DNA from: a virus
IMG/VR virus record: IMGVR_UViG_3300032038_000071
Span: 2,836-66,835 of that record
DNA: 64,000 nucleotides
Strand: one strand, 5' to 3'
The position numbers and the translations under genes are program-made. The notes below the pieces were generated by a model. That model saw only the letters and a list, made by a program, of their open reading frames with translations, was not told the DNA's origin and made no database searches. Of this stretch, positions 47,569 through 57,651 are shown in pieces; within the stretch, counting starts at the first letter, position 1; each line of letters starts with the position of its first letter.

Positions 47569-50500
47569 CTATCTCCTTCCCGTCTGCTTATATTTCTTAT
47601 CTTCCTCATCCCACACAGCTTGTGCAACAACTTTACTGTTTAATTGTAACACAACAGGTGCGTTATTGCTACTAATATTCATATCTGCTAGGGCAGTCTT
47701 AAATGCGTCAATCATTGTAGCAAGAGGTGTTTCAATATTAGTACCGCTAGACTGGTCACCCAACATAGCAAGAAACTCTCTGTTTGGTGGTATAACCGCA
47801 CCCTGTGCCAGTAGAGGTATTTTTGGGATTGAAGAGAAAAATGGTAAAGAAGAGAATAAACTTGTAGCACCAAATTTAATCCCTCTCAATCTGTTCAAAG
47901 CAGTATTAATTGCACTGAATGGAGTAGCTACTACAGTATTCATTCCAGAAAGCAGACCATTTACAGTATTCTTCATTGATTCTGATATATCTGTGTTAAA
48001 TTCTCCAAAGACTGTACTTCCGTTGCTGAACGCTTCTTGTACTGTATTCCATGAATCTTCAAAAGTTGTTCCAAAGAAAGTAGGTAAGTCTGTAAATGCA
48101 CCTTCAATATTATCTTTAACACTTGTAAAATGGTTTGTCAGAGAATCCTCAGCGAATGCTTGTTTAGCTCCTGACAATGTTTCAGCAAATCTCTCTTGCA
48201 CATCAGATGGCATACCATTAAATGATGTAACAACCTCTTCGGCTCTTGCTTCAAAAGTAGGTTTAATAGAATCCTCATTGAACTCTTCCTTGATACCTTC
48301 TTTTGTTTGAGCAAATAATTCTTGAACATCGGATGGCATACCATTAAATGATTCTACAGTATTATCCTTTGTCTGTTGCATCAATTCTTGTACTTCTGAA
48401 GGCATACCGTTGAATGTTTGTACTGCATCATCCCTTGTTTGTTGCATGAGTTCCTGAACATCTGACGGCATACCATTGAATGTCTGAACAACAGTATCTT
48501 TGGTTTCCTGCACTTTTTCTTGAACGTCTGACGGCATACCGTTAAATGTCTGAGTGACAGCTTTTTCGGTTTTCTTCATAGCTTCTTCAACGTCAGACGG
48601 AATGCCATTAGCCATAACGTGTACTGATTCTGTTATATTCTCTGTACCCCCACTCGTTTCTTGGGCGGCTTTTTGCATAGCCTCTTTTGCAGATGTAGGA
48701 ATAGAATCAAGAGAATCCTTTACGTCTTTTGTACTCTTTTTTGTTTCTTCCTGTAGTCTGTTTATTTCTTCAACATAATTATCACAGCTATTTTTAAACT
48801 TCTCCCATTCTTCATCTGAAACAAGTTCGTGAAGTCCAAGAACATCATACGAATACTGCGCACGTTGGAATGTTTCATTTACTGAATCAGAAATCTCTTT
48901 AGCTTTTTTGTTAGCTTTATCAAGTGTGTCTGGTCCACCTGTAAGCATATCAGATATAGCATTTCCAAGAGTAGTACCACCAGTTGTTTGCGAATATTCT
49001 GTTGCGGCTTTACCAATTTCATCTGCGGCTTCATACAAATACTTTGTAGGACCGTGTGACATTTTCTGATATTCAGCCGCCATTTCATCGTCACCAAAAG
49101 CAGTTGCTATAACAGAACCTATGCTACCAGCTAAACTACTTCCAAACTCAAACAGCGCATACCCAGCGCCAATAGCACCGACTACCTTACCGACTGATGT
49201 ACTAAAGAATTTAGACAATGCACCCGAAACTTTGCCCGCTAAACCACCACCTGTGGCAGATGTAACTCCACCACTGATAGCATCTGCTATATTTGTGCTG
49301 AATAATCCAGTTATTTTACCCCATAGCCATTTAGCACCAAATATAGCTAATAAGGCTGTACCTATATCTGCAAGTGCTTCTGGATTTGAGGCAAGTCCAA
49401 GTAACGCTTTTCCTAATCCTTTGATTAATGCAAGTGCTACTTTACCAAGTTCGACAATTAATCCTAGCCAATCTATATTAGTAAGTAAATCAGCTATTGC
49501 TTTTCCTACTTCATACCAGTCCACTGTTTCTATAAAGTCTGCAATCGCACCAATTATATTCTTTGCACAATCTGATAAGTCAGTTGCTAGTTGTGCAAAA
49601 TCAATACCATTTAAAAATTCATTGATAGCATTACCTACTGTTACGCCTAATTGAGAAGATACAATGAAACTACTTAATCCTGTAAGTATTCCACTTGCAA
49701 GATTTGATAGGTCAGCACCAAGTGTGTCCCAATGAATATCTTGTATAAGGTTCTTTAAACTTTCACCAAGTTTAGAACCAAGTTGTTCCCACTTAAGACC
49801 CTTCTCTGGGTCTACAAGTCCTGCGGCAAAGTCGATAATAGCATTTATCTTTCCAGCAAAAAATCTTCCTACCGTCTCTGGTTCTATTGTATCAACAAGA
49901 CCATTAACAGCATCAGCTATCTTGCCACCCAGCTTCTTCCAAGGTACTGTTTCCCACCAAGTAGCAACTGTATCCATGAATGCCATAACAGTATCACCGA
50001 TAGTTCTGCCAAGTAAATCAGCATCCCAACCGTCAATGAAACCACCAAGTATTCTGCCGATATTCTGTGCCCATTTAACACTCTTTGGTCTAAATTTCTT
50101 AACCCAATCATCAAACCTCTCTGTGATTATATTAAGTTTATCAGCAAATGCACTTCCGACACCTTCCCAATCGCCTTTTGCAATAGCTTCTTTTATAATC
50201 TTTGCTAAATCACTTTCAGCGGCAACTTTCTCAAACTCACCTGTAAGTCCGTCTGCGGCTCCACTTCCACCGCCACCACTATCCTTAGGCTGGTCTATAA
50301 CAAGAAGATTATCATACTCGGCAAGTTCTTTATTAGCTTCTTTAGCCGCACTACCTACACCCTTAATGCTATCAGCATAACTATCGTCAGCTTTCTTGGC
50401 TTTATAGATATAAGACTGTCCTGTAATTATTGCAAAGAAATTTGCTAAAGCGGTTGCGGCGGCAGATATTAAATCAATGATATAAACAAGTGCGGGTGCT

Positions 50501-51426
50501 AAAGCGTGCATGAGAGGTTGTGCCATAGTTCCCATACTTAACTTCATGGCATTAAATGAGTTCATAAGTGCTGATACATCAGCATCAACTTCCTCAAATT
50601 GTGTAGCCATAAGTTTTAATGCGTCCTGTGTATATGCTCTTAATTTTCTCCATAAGATGAAAACAGAACGAATACCCAAGCCCCATTTCAAAGTATTTTT
50701 TATTATCTTCTTCATTGACATATTATGTGCTTCTGATGCCTTATTTATGCCAAGAAGTTTTGAACCAATATTAGAAATACCTTTGACTGCTTTAGATACC
50801 GAATGTGCAACTTTTGTAAATGCTTTGACAATATTACTTGCGGTTTGTTTAATTCTACTAATACGTTCCTTAAATCGGTTCCAAGAACTGCTAGCACGGT
50901 AACCTTCTTTAGCGACCTCTCTTGCACTACTCGTCAGCATAGCCATTCTATTATTAGCATCACCTAATCGTTCCGCAAGTCTCTGATACTCATCCGTATC
51001 TTTACCGAGTAGCCACTTTTGACCTTTTTGTTCAAGTGCCTGCTGATATGTTTGAGTATCTCTAATCCGTTTTTGCGTGAATTGTAGTGCTACAGTTGCC
51101 TTTGTAATATCAGTGGGATTTGTAAGTGTTTTAAGTTGCTGTTTATAATTCTCAACTTCTTTTTCCAATCTTTCAATATCATTTATTGTTTTTTGAAAAA
51201 TTGGTGTATATCCCACTCTCTTATTTTCAAGTTTAGCCATTTGACGTTCAAGATTCCAAGCGGCTGAACTAGCACTACTCATCTGTTTCTTGATATTATC
51301 AAATTGTTTACCAAGATTTTTGCCAGATGTTTTATCAAATATATCTTTTATTTCCAATTGTAGGTCATGTGCTTTGTCGATGGCATCTTGCGGGTCAAGC
51401 CCTATCGACATTGTTATATCAGCCAT
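47569..51426 (-). CDS. tail tape measure protein
   Basis: 1285 aa. It lies between the chaperone genes and the tail-tip genes. It has long helical regions, a Gly/Ala-rich hydrophobic core and internal 22-aa repeats. Confidence 0.85.
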   Translation of the reverse strand: MADITMSIGLDPQDAIDKAHDLQLEIKDIFDKTSGKNLGKQFDNIKKQMSSASSAAWNLERQMAKLENKRVGYTPIFQKTINDIERLEKEVENYKQQLKTLTNPTDITKATVALQFTQKRIRDTQTYQQALEQKGQKWLLGKDTDEYQRLAERLGDANNRMAMLTSSAREVAKEGYRASSSWNRFKERISRIKQTASNIVKAFTKVAHSVSKAVKGISNIGSKLLGINKASEAHNMSMKKIIKNTLKWGLGIRSVFILWRKLRAYTQDALKLMATQFEEVDADVSALMNSFNAMKLSMGTMAQPLMHALAPALVYIIDLISAAATALANFFAIITGQSYIYKAKKADDSYADSIKGVGSAAKEANKELAEYDNLLVIDQPKDSGGGGSGAADGLTGEFEKVAAESDLAKIIKEAIAKGDWEGVGSAFADKLNIITERFDDWVKKFRPKSVKWAQNIGRILGGFIDGWDADLLGRTIGDTVMAFMDTVATWWETVPWKKLGGKIADAVNGLVDTIEPETVGRFFAGKINAIIDFAAGLVDPEKGLKWEQLGSKLGESLKNLIQDIHWDTLGADLSNLASGILTGLSSFIVSSQLGVTVGNAINEFLNGIDFAQLATDLSDCAKNIIGAIADFIETVDWYEVGKAIADLLTNIDWLGLIVELGKVALALIKGLGKALLGLASNPEALADIGTALLAIFGAKWLWGKITGLFSTNIADAISGGVTSATGGGLAGKVSGALSKFFSTSVGKVVGAIGAGYALFEFGSSLAGSIGSVIATAFGDDEMAAEYQKMSHGPTKYLYEAADEIGKAATEYSQTTGGTTLGNAISDMLTGGPDTLDKANKKAKEISDSVNETFQRAQYSYDVLGLHELVSDEEWEKFKNSCDNYVEEINRLQEETKKSTKDVKDSLDSIPTSAKEAMQKAAQETSGGTENITESVHVMANGIPSDVEEAMKKTEKAVTQTFNGMPSDVQEKVQETKDTVVQTFNGMPSDVQELMQQTRDDAVQTFNGMPSEVQELMQQTKDNTVESFNGMPSDVQELFAQTKEGIKEEFNEDSIKPTFEARAEEVVTSFNGMPSDVQERFAETLSGAKQAFAEDSLTNHFTSVKDNIEGAFTDLPTFFGTTFEDSWNTVQEAFSNGSTVFGEFNTDISESMKNTVNGLLSGMNTVVATPFSAINTALNRLRGIKFGATSLFSSLPFFSSIPKIPLLAQGAVIPPNREFLAMLGDQSSGTNIETPLATMIDAFKTALADMNISSNNAPVVLQLNSKVVAQAVWDEEDKKYKQTGRR
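48200..48620 (-). repeat. tandem 66-nt (22-aa) repeats inside the tape measure gene
   Basis: The protein repeat FNGMPSDVQE(L/K)xQQTKDxxVQT appears 5-6 times. The core GGCATACC(A/G)TT(A/G)AATG recurs at about 48210, 48330, 48396, 48462 and 48528, with a variant at 48594. Confidence 0.85.
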
Positions 51427-51453
51427 TTACATTCACCTACTTTCTATAATAAT

Positions 51454-52035
51454 CTATTTTGCGTTCCACAAACTCATTACCCAATCATCAGCTTCTCTAT
51501 CTTCAAGTGTTTTAGAGTTCCAAGTAAAGTATTGTGGATTATCACGTTTAAACTGTTGTTCGTATTTTTCCAATTTCTTATTAGTGACTATCTTATGTCT
51601 GATACTAACAACCTGTGATAACAAAGAATCACCGACTGCTGTGTAGTAACCCATAAAAGTCCACCAATGAATATAAGGTGCTAAACGAATCTCTGTATTA
51701 GCTACTTTATTGATTGCGGCACAAATCATCTGTTCATCTTTATCCCAATCAATAAGTCTGTAATTAAACTTTGCACCTATACTTTCTTCTTCTCCGCAAT
51801 TAAAGAATTTATACATTTCCTTAATTGCCTGCCCTATATCCGGTATATTATCTATGTCCTCGATGCTATTTACATCTTCATAAAAAATAATAAGGCAGGC
51901 TATCGCACGTTCTTGTTCAGTCAATTCCGTATCATTTAATGCAGAAAAACAATCAAGAACGACACGATAATCTCCCTTATTTCTTATACCGAAAGACTTG
52001 TCTTGTATTGTGATTGAAGTTGGTATATTATACAT
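51454..52035 (-). CDS. Gp15-like tail assembly protein
   Basis: TSITIQDKSFGIRNKGDYRVVLDCFSALND...ACLIIFYED resembles the phage Gp15 family. It lies directly upstream of the tape measure. Confidence 0.55.
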   Translation of the reverse strand: MYNIPTSITIQDKSFGIRNKGDYRVVLDCFSALNDTELTEQERAIACLIIFYEDVNSIEDIDNIPDIGQAIKEMYKFFNCGEEESIGAKFNYRLIDWDKDEQMICAAINKVANTEIRLAPYIHWWTFMGYYTAVGDSLLSQVVSIRHKIVTNKKLEKYEQQFKRDNPQYFTWNSKTLEDREADDWVMSLWNAK

Positions 52036-52038
52036 ATA

Positions 52039-52578
52039 TTATTTCCTAATATATTTATCGGTATGCTTGTTAATACGTTTCCTCATCAGTGCATATTCCT
52101 TATCAAGGTTTGTCTCATACAGTTTGGTAAGTTTATCAAGTACATACTCATATGTAAACTGACCGTTGTGTGGGTCAAACATTGAACCTGAAGGAACAAC
52201 TTTAGCTGAAACATCAGCATCAAATATATAATCCATAATTTCTCTCATTTCAGAATCAATTTCACGAAGTACCTGTGATATATTTCCCTTTTCTACTACT
52301 TCATCAAGAGAATCATCATCTGAACTTTCACTCTGCACTTTCATAAGATTTGCCTTCTGTTCAAGTGCAACAAGTTTAGGGTAGGAATCCTCGATACGAT
52401 TGATTACTGATAAATCAGATGTATTAAGTTCCAGTATTCTGTTATTATCTCCATCAATTCTAAACTTCTTTTTTCTAATATCATCAAAATTGACATCCAC
52501 AATATCATTGTCTACTGGTGCTTCTACCTTAACTTCTTCTTTTACCTCTTCACTAATTGGATTAGACTTCTTTGTCAT
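52039..52578 (-). CDS. tail assembly chaperone (by position)
   Basis: 179 aa and acidic. It lies between the tube and Gp15-like genes. Confidence 0.5.
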   Translation of the reverse strand: MTKKSNPISEEVKEEVKVEAPVDNDIVDVNFDDIRKKKFRIDGDNNRILELNTSDLSVINRIEDSYPKLVALEQKANLMKVQSESSDDDSLDEVVEKGNISQVLREIDSEMREIMDYIFDADVSAKVVPSGSMFDPHNGQFTYEYVLDKLTKLYETNLDKEYALMRKRINKHTDKYIRK

Positions 52579-52600
52579 ATCTTGTACCTCCTAATATTAA

Positions 52601-53146
52601 TTAAACATCTGCTGTAAACTCAAAGTCTGCTGTAATCTTATCAACTGTACCTGTCTGTGGCTTGCCTGAACCATTCCAGTCATTACTGTAATATACAGTG
52701 ATTGGGAAGTTTACGTTAGAATCTCCACCAAATGAATCATAAGAGATTGTGCATCCGCTATGTCTCTCAGCCTCATAACCGTCCTGTGCATTACCAATAA
52801 ATGCAGTAATTACATAAAGGTTAAACTGATTAAGTTCTGATACAGCATTTCTCCTACGAATATCATTGAGAAGTGCGCCCAGCTTACTTCCACCCAGTAC
52901 AAGAAACGGGTCGAATGGTTGCTGTGGCTGTGTTCTGTTTACATCGGTGTAATTGATACCACGAATATCAGTTGTAGTTTCAATGTCAGCATTGTACTCA
53001 ATGCTTGAATCTTCTGTACGAGTACCAAGAATTTCTCTTACTTCTGTTGATGTTGTACCGACTGTTTCAGTCCACTCAACAACTGTGATAAGAAGCTTTC
53101 TTTCGGCTCTCTGACCTGCGTTTAAGTTAAACTGCTTAACTGCCAT
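52601..53146 (-). CDS. major tail (tube) protein
   Basis: 181 aa and beta-rich. It lies between the tail-completion and chaperone genes. Confidence 0.6.
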   Translation of the reverse strand: MAVKQFNLNAGQRAERKLLITVVEWTETVGTTSTEVREILGTRTEDSSIEYNADIETTTDIRGINYTDVNRTQPQQPFDPFLVLGGSKLGALLNDIRRRNAVSELNQFNLYVITAFIGNAQDGYEAERHSGCTISYDSFGGDSNVNFPITVYYSNDWNGSGKPQTGTVDKITADFEFTADV

Positions 53147-53164
53147 TGTAGTAGTCTCCTTTCA

Positions 53165-53647
53165 TTATTTCCATATTACTTTTGAGTTATCTACATATTT
53201 TATTCTTATTGCTATACTATATCTTCCTAATGCTGGTTGCACTGATGTATCAACATCTTCAAGTACCGGTGTGGAGGTTAAAGTTTCCATTGAATCGACT
53301 ATACAATCTTCTCCAAAATCCGGAAAGTTGTAAACGGAAGCTTGTTCATTTATCCAGTCAATCAGACTTTGAACATCTGCAAGGTCACTGACGTTTTCAT
53401 CAGGATAACCCTCTGCCTTTACCACAGCATTTTGAGATACAGATTTGAATAAGATTATTGTAAATATATATTCCTTCAATATACTTCCATCAACATACTT
53501 TACTTGTAAAGCTGTATCATTTCCGGAAGTAATAATCTGATTATTATTATCCTTTGCATTTATGAAGTTAAAGAAAAGTGGATTATTAGCAATAACAGGA
53601 CAGTCTAAAAGAAAACTGATTATTGCTTCATTCTTATCTACTGTCAT
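53165..53647 (-). CDS. tail completion / tail terminator-like protein
   Basis: 160 aa. Assigned by synteny in the head-tail joining block. Confidence 0.5.
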   Translation of the reverse strand: MTVDKNEAIISFLLDCPVIANNPLFFNFINAKDNNNQIITSGNDTALQVKYVDGSILKEYIFTIILFKSVSQNAVVKAEGYPDENVSDLADVQSLIDWINEQASVYNFPDFGEDCIVDSMETLTSTPVLEDVDTSVQPALGRYSIAIRIKYVDNSKVIWK

Positions 53648-54057
53648 TTCTTTATCTCCTTTTTGACAAGTGGTGTTGCATAGTTTACAAGAGTTCTATA
53701 TCCAGGACTTCCTGAAGCAATCTGCTTTGTCCAGAATGACTTAGCGTATTTGTGAACAGTTCTTGTTCTGTGTCTGAATATATGATTATGCTGATAAGCG
53801 GCATACGACATTGTTTTTCCAACACCTGGTTGTCCCCAAACTACTTGGGTATATCTTGCGTGTTGTACTATATGTGCGCTTGAATTAAGTGCGCCAGTTT
53901 TGTACGGAACATAAGGTTCTACAATTTGAAGCGCACGCTTGGCAATCTGTTGCATAACAACAGGATTCTTGCCTAATGCAATTAATGGATTTGTTACCTT
54001 TTCACGAATTGCACTTTTTAAATCCTTTGCACTTATATTAAAAGTCATTTGTGCCAT
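53644..54057 (-). CDS. HK97 gp10-like head-tail joining protein
   Basis: IVEPYVPYKTGALNSS is a gp10-family-like motif. The position is syntenic. Confidence 0.5.
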   Translation of the reverse strand: MAQMTFNISAKDLKSAIREKVTNPLIALGKNPVVMQQIAKRALQIVEPYVPYKTGALNSSAHIVQHARYTQVVWGQPGVGKTMSYAAYQHNHIFRHRTRTVHKYAKSFWTKQIASGSPGYRTLVNYATPLVKKEIKK

Positions 54058-54060
54058 ATA

Positions 54061-54507
54061 TTACACACCCTTTACATAATAATGTTCATTACATCTTCCT
54101 GCTCCAACATTAACTGCAAACTCTTGTACTTCCATACACCCTTGCAATTCTTTGTACCTCTTTAATAAATCTGTTGACCTTTGACCTGACTGATATTCAT
54201 TAACAATGTCATCTACTTCACCTTTAATTATAATATCTCCTTGACCAAGTGTAAAGTAATTACCCATCTCGTCATTAGGTAATTTATTCCATACATACTT
54301 TTCAAGAAATCTATCATCTTTAGGTATTCTGCATATGATATTGTTAGTCTCTAATACAGTTTCCCCTACAGTTATTTTATCTCCTGTGTACTTCCAGAAA
54401 CAATTAGGCACAGTGTTTCTAAACCACATAACTATATTGGTTACAGGGTCCTCATAACGATTATATATGGTTAATGTTGTTTCCCACCACGGTGCATAAT
54501 TACTCAT
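54061..54507 (-). CDS. head closure protein (by position)
   Basis: The start was moved to the ATG at 54507, which overlaps the upstream stop (ATGAGTAA). Confidence 0.5.
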   Translation of the reverse strand: MSNYAPWWETTLTIYNRYEDPVTNIVMWFRNTVPNCFWKYTGDKITVGETVLETNNIICRIPKDDRFLEKYVWNKLPNDEMGNYFTLGQGDIIIKGEVDDIVNEYQSGQRSTDLLKRYKELQGCMEVQEFAVNVGAGRCNEHYYVKGV

Positions 54508-54913
54508 CTGGATATATACCTCTATAAAGAACTCGTCTACCTGCTTCATTTCTTACATCAACCAAATATTGACGTATCATATCTTCTGTTTCATTTCGGG
54601 TTAAACTAAATAATATATCTGCCCTTGGAACATTGTATGATATTGAAACACCGTCATTTGACTGTGAAGCTATTGCAGGTTCTGTACTGCCGTCAGATTT
54701 CCAACCCATTGATAAAGCATCCGTTTGTTGCTGTACCAACTTTATCAATCTGAATACGCAATACTTTAACTCTATCGGAAATGTTGTATCAGCTACCAAT
54801 CGGTTAAAGGTAACATAATCTATTAACGCTTTAGCTTGGAAATAATAATCATTAAAAGTGGTTTCATCTAATGTTCCACCCATATTCTGATATTCTTCAT
54901 ACGTTAAATACAT
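54500..54913 (-). CDS. head-tail connector (gp6-like adaptor)
   Basis: MYLTYEEYQNMGGTLDETTFNDYYFQAKALIDYVTFNRL is a typical N-terminus for this adaptor family. Confidence 0.55.
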   Translation of the reverse strand: MYLTYEEYQNMGGTLDETTFNDYYFQAKALIDYVTFNRLVADTTFPIELKYCVFRLIKLVQQQTDALSMGWKSDGSTEPAIASQSNDGVSISYNVPRADILFSLTRNETEDMIRQYLVDVRNEAGRRVLYRGIYPDE

Positions 54914-54934
54914 TGATTACACCACCTTTATATA

Positions 54935-55252
54935 TTACTCATCATTTCGCTTATTTCGTGCTTTTGTTGTCTGCTTGATAGATTTATCAGCTTGCGCTTT
55001 TAAAGTCTCTATTTCAGCTTTCAGTTGCGTTATTTCAGCATTTAATTTATCAATCGTTTCTGACTTTTCAATAAATGCTTTTCGTAAGATATTAGGGTCA
55101 TGTGGTACACTCGCCTGTACCACATTTCCCTTTTCATCTATTACGTCATACCCTGTTGCGGTATATTTAGCAACTTCATTTTCGCTTACTCGTAAAACCT
55201 TATTAGCTTTTCTAATTCGGATTTCTTTCTGCATAAGTCGCACCTCACTCAC
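54935..55252 (-). CDS. coiled-coil protein after the capsid gene (105 aa)
   Basis: It contains the heptad-like ETIDKLNAEITQLKAEIETLKAQADK. A 1-nt overlap couples it to the capsid gene. Confidence 0.55.
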   Translation of the reverse strand: MSEVRLMQKEIRIRKANKVLRVSENEVAKYTATGYDVIDEKGNVVQASVPHDPNILRKAFIEKSETIDKLNAEITQLKAEIETLKAQADKSIKQTTKARNKRNDE

Positions 55253-56262
55253 TAGGCTGTTGTAGTTGAAGTAGAAGTTCCGCCACCAGCAGATACGTTG
55301 AACTGAATAGCATTTGACTTATTTTCAAGTACGAATACGTCCTCGAATGATTCCTCGTAGTAAACGTACTTGCCCTCTGACATAGCAGATGGAGCATCAA
55401 GTCTACTGAATGTGTAGCTTACAGGTGTGATAACTGCCATTGGGTGAACAAGGAACATATTAATCTGCTGTGCATCAGCATCAACCGCATAGTCACTTGA
55501 AAAGTCATAAAGTGTTTTCATAAGTGTTGAAGGAACACCGATTACCTGTACCTGGTCAAGTCTATTAACTCGTCTATCAATAGCGTTTGGACCACTTGTA
55601 ATATCCATTGAACGAGAAATCGTCTCTGCGTCTTTGAGAATCTGAAGAACCTCAAATGGAACATAGAGAATACGTCCATTAGCAGGAACTCTACCGTTAT
55701 CCATAGCAAGCATAAGAGAATCAAATACTGAAAGGATATTAGCTGTTGTAAGAACAGTTGTATTGGCAGAATGTGTCTGTGCTGTATCAGGATTCTTCAT
55801 AGAAGTCCAATCTGCATAAATCTTGCTTATGCAGTAAGCGTCCATTTCTGGGAACTTATGCTCCTCATTGAATACCTGTGTGATATTTCCGATTGTTGCA
55901 ACCATATTGGTTTCATCAATATCTCTCGGATGAACAAGTGTTGACCACTTTCTCTGATTTTCAAGTGTCTTACTTACCCAATTGTTGCTGTAATTTCTCT
56001 GTGCAAATGCGATTGTATCTCTGTCGGCATCAATACGACCTGTTGTTGAGATACTTGGAATCTCAATAGTCTTTGAGTTTACCCATCTATACTTATTATT
56101 GTTTGGTGTTGCATAAAGAGCGCCATAGTTAAGAACGTATGGGAAGTTCTGCTCTAATGCTCTCTGATATTCGTCAGCGTAATTAAGTGCGCCCATGGCT
56201 GTTGAGCCATCGTATGTACCGGTTGTACCATTGTTAGCTGGTGCTACATAAGATGTTGGCAT
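55252..56262 (-). CDS. major capsid protein
   Basis: 336 aa, directly after the scaffold gene, with a strong SD. The composition is typical of SPP1-type capsid proteins. Confidence 0.75.
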   Translation of the reverse strand: MPTSYVAPANNGTTGTYDGSTAMGALNYADEYQRALEQNFPYVLNYGALYATPNNNKYRWVNSKTIEIPSISTTGRIDADRDTIAFAQRNYSNNWVSKTLENQRKWSTLVHPRDIDETNMVATIGNITQVFNEEHKFPEMDAYCISKIYADWTSMKNPDTAQTHSANTTVLTTANILSVFDSLMLAMDNGRVPANGRILYVPFEVLQILKDAETISRSMDITSGPNAIDRRVNRLDQVQVIGVPSTLMKTLYDFSSDYAVDADAQQINMFLVHPMAVITPVSYTFSRLDAPSAMSEGKYVYYEESFEDVFVLENKSNAIQFNVSAGGGTSTSTTTA

Positions 56263-56279
56263 AGTTTTAATCTCCTTTT

Positions 56280-56939
56280 CTAATTATTATTTGGTTTCTG
56301 TCTAATACCTGCAAAGTGGAATCCGAATGGATTTTCATTAGTATTAGGCACGTTTGTCTGTGAACTTACTGATTGTGCAAATGCAGGCTTTGGTGTGTCA
56401 TCTTCTTTCTTTTCAACTACAAAAGCATCTGCATTTTCTGTGGAATAGCTTGTCACAAAATCATCTGCTCCAAGTATCTTACCGTTGTCCATCTTCAATT
56501 CTTTTGCAATCATTGAATTAATAAAGTCTCTCTTTGCGGCATTACTTGTAAACTTCTTTGAACTTGCAAAGTCCTTTACTGCAAACTCATATGCCTGCTT
56601 ACTCAACTGTTCCTGATAAGACTTAATATCATTATCATACTTTGTCTGTAGAGAATTAAATTCTCCGGTGAGTGCGGTCAACTTATCTACATCTGTACCA
56701 GCCGCTTCAAGTTTTCCCTTTAAGTCTGCTAAATCATTATCTCTTGTAGTGATTGTAGCGTTAAGGGTTTCGATTGCGGAATCTTTTGCTTTTAAATCAT
56801 CTTCATACTTATTCTTGCTGACATACTTTCCCTCACCTAAATCAGTAAAGTTAGCATTAGATTCCTTTGATAGTTTCTGGAACATTTCATAGGTAAGTGT
56901 TCCGTTTTCAGACTTCTTAAATAATTCCTCGATTGTCAT
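56280..56939 (-). CDS. scaffolding protein (GP20-like)
   Basis: 219 aa and helical. MTIEELFKKSENGTLTYEMFQKL...FTDLGEGKYVSKNKYEDDLKAKD resembles the phage GP20 scaffold N-terminus. Confidence 0.7.
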   Translation of the reverse strand: MTIEELFKKSENGTLTYEMFQKLSKESNANFTDLGEGKYVSKNKYEDDLKAKDSAIETLNATITTRDNDLADLKGKLEAAGTDVDKLTALTGEFNSLQTKYDNDIKSYQEQLSKQAYEFAVKDFASSKKFTSNAAKRDFINSMIAKELKMDNGKILGADDFVTSYSTENADAFVVEKKEDDTPKPAFAQSVSSQTNVPNTNENPFGFHFAGIRQKPNNN

Positions 56940-57051
56940 AATCTGTTTCTCCTTTACATTCTTTTATATCCGTTTAGCTTGTAAATCCGCAGGTACGGTA
57001 CTGCGTTTGAATGTGCATTTGTTTAAATGTCTTTATGCTCGACTATATATC

Positions 57052-57267
57052 TTATATCAACTCATTTTTGGAGTTGTTATAATTCTTACTTGATATTCCG
57101 ATTAATGCTCCAAGAAATACTGTAATAGCACCCATTGTCGCACCTATCGGCTCTCCGTATGGTATATTCCATATGCTTGCGATTGTAAGCCATAAAGTTG
57201 TTACTGCTGGTAATACAATCGTGACTATATATTTTAAAATATCATATGTCTTATTCTTTAATTCCAT
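57052..57267 (-). CDS. holin (two TM helices)
   Basis: 71 aa. YDILKYIVTIVLPAVTTLWLTIASIWNIPYGEPIGATMGAITVFLGALIGIS matches a widespread Gram-positive phage holin pattern (YD.LK...LPA..tLy..l..iW..P....i.gt..A...FLG.llg.S). Confidence 0.6.
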   Translation of the reverse strand: MELKNKTYDILKYIVTIVLPAVTTLWLTIASIWNIPYGEPIGATMGAITVFLGALIGISSKNYNNSKNELI

Positions 57268-57526
57268 GCTTTAACTCCTTTACTGTGACTTCCAATACGT
57301 CTACTCTATTTTCAAGAACTGGTATCTTGCTTGCAAACTCATTATGTTTTCTAACTTCTTCTGTAAGATTTTCCAGCTTTGTATCTGTTACTGCCTGATT
57401 TGTGATTATTTTATTTTCAATGGATTTGTTGCTTGCTGAATTTGTAAGAACCACTCCAACAAATCCTATTAATGCAACTATGATTGAACCAATTAAAGAT
57501 ATAATAGCTGTACTCATTTTATTCAT
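57251..57526 (-). CDS. BhlA/XhlA-like membrane protein (N-terminal TM helix plus coiled coil)
   Basis: AIISLIGSIIVALIGFVGVVL is the TM helix. It is followed by KLENLTEEVRKHNEFASKIPVLENRVDVLEVTVKEL. The gene overlaps the holin gene. Confidence 0.5.
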   Translation of the reverse strand: MNKMSTAIISLIGSIIVALIGFVGVVLTNSASNKSIENKIITNQAVTDTKLENLTEEVRKHNEFASKIPVLENRVDVLEVTVKELKHGIKE

Positions 57527-57541
57527 CCTTTCAAGTTATTC

Positions 57542-57574
57542 GCTATACCGGGTGTATGACGAACCCGGTATAGC
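57542..57574 (-). promoter_or_regulatory. 11-bp GC-rich stem hairpin in the leader of the BhlA-like gene
   Basis: GCTATACCGGG (57542-57552) pairs with CCCGGTATAGC (57564-57574) around an 11-nt loop. No U-tract follows. Confidence 0.5.
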
Positions 57575-57622
57575 TTTAACAGGAGGTGACAGATATATGC
57601 AAAGTAATCTATTCCCAATTAA

Positions 57623-57651
57623 AATATAACATATATTCCATAAGTTGTAAA
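57623..57651 (-). promoter_or_regulatory. promoter-like site (TTTACA-N17-TATATT) whose -35 lies inside a 22-bp palindrome
   Basis: Minus strand reads TTTACA (57651-57646) and TATATT (57628-57623). Confidence 0.45.

Noticed and set aside
52036-52080. A programmed -1 frameshift joining the two genes upstream of the tape measure, as in many siphoviruses.
   Set aside because: No slippery heptamer (XXXYYYZ) is visible near the end of 52039-52578. The second gene has its own ATG 4 nt after the stop.
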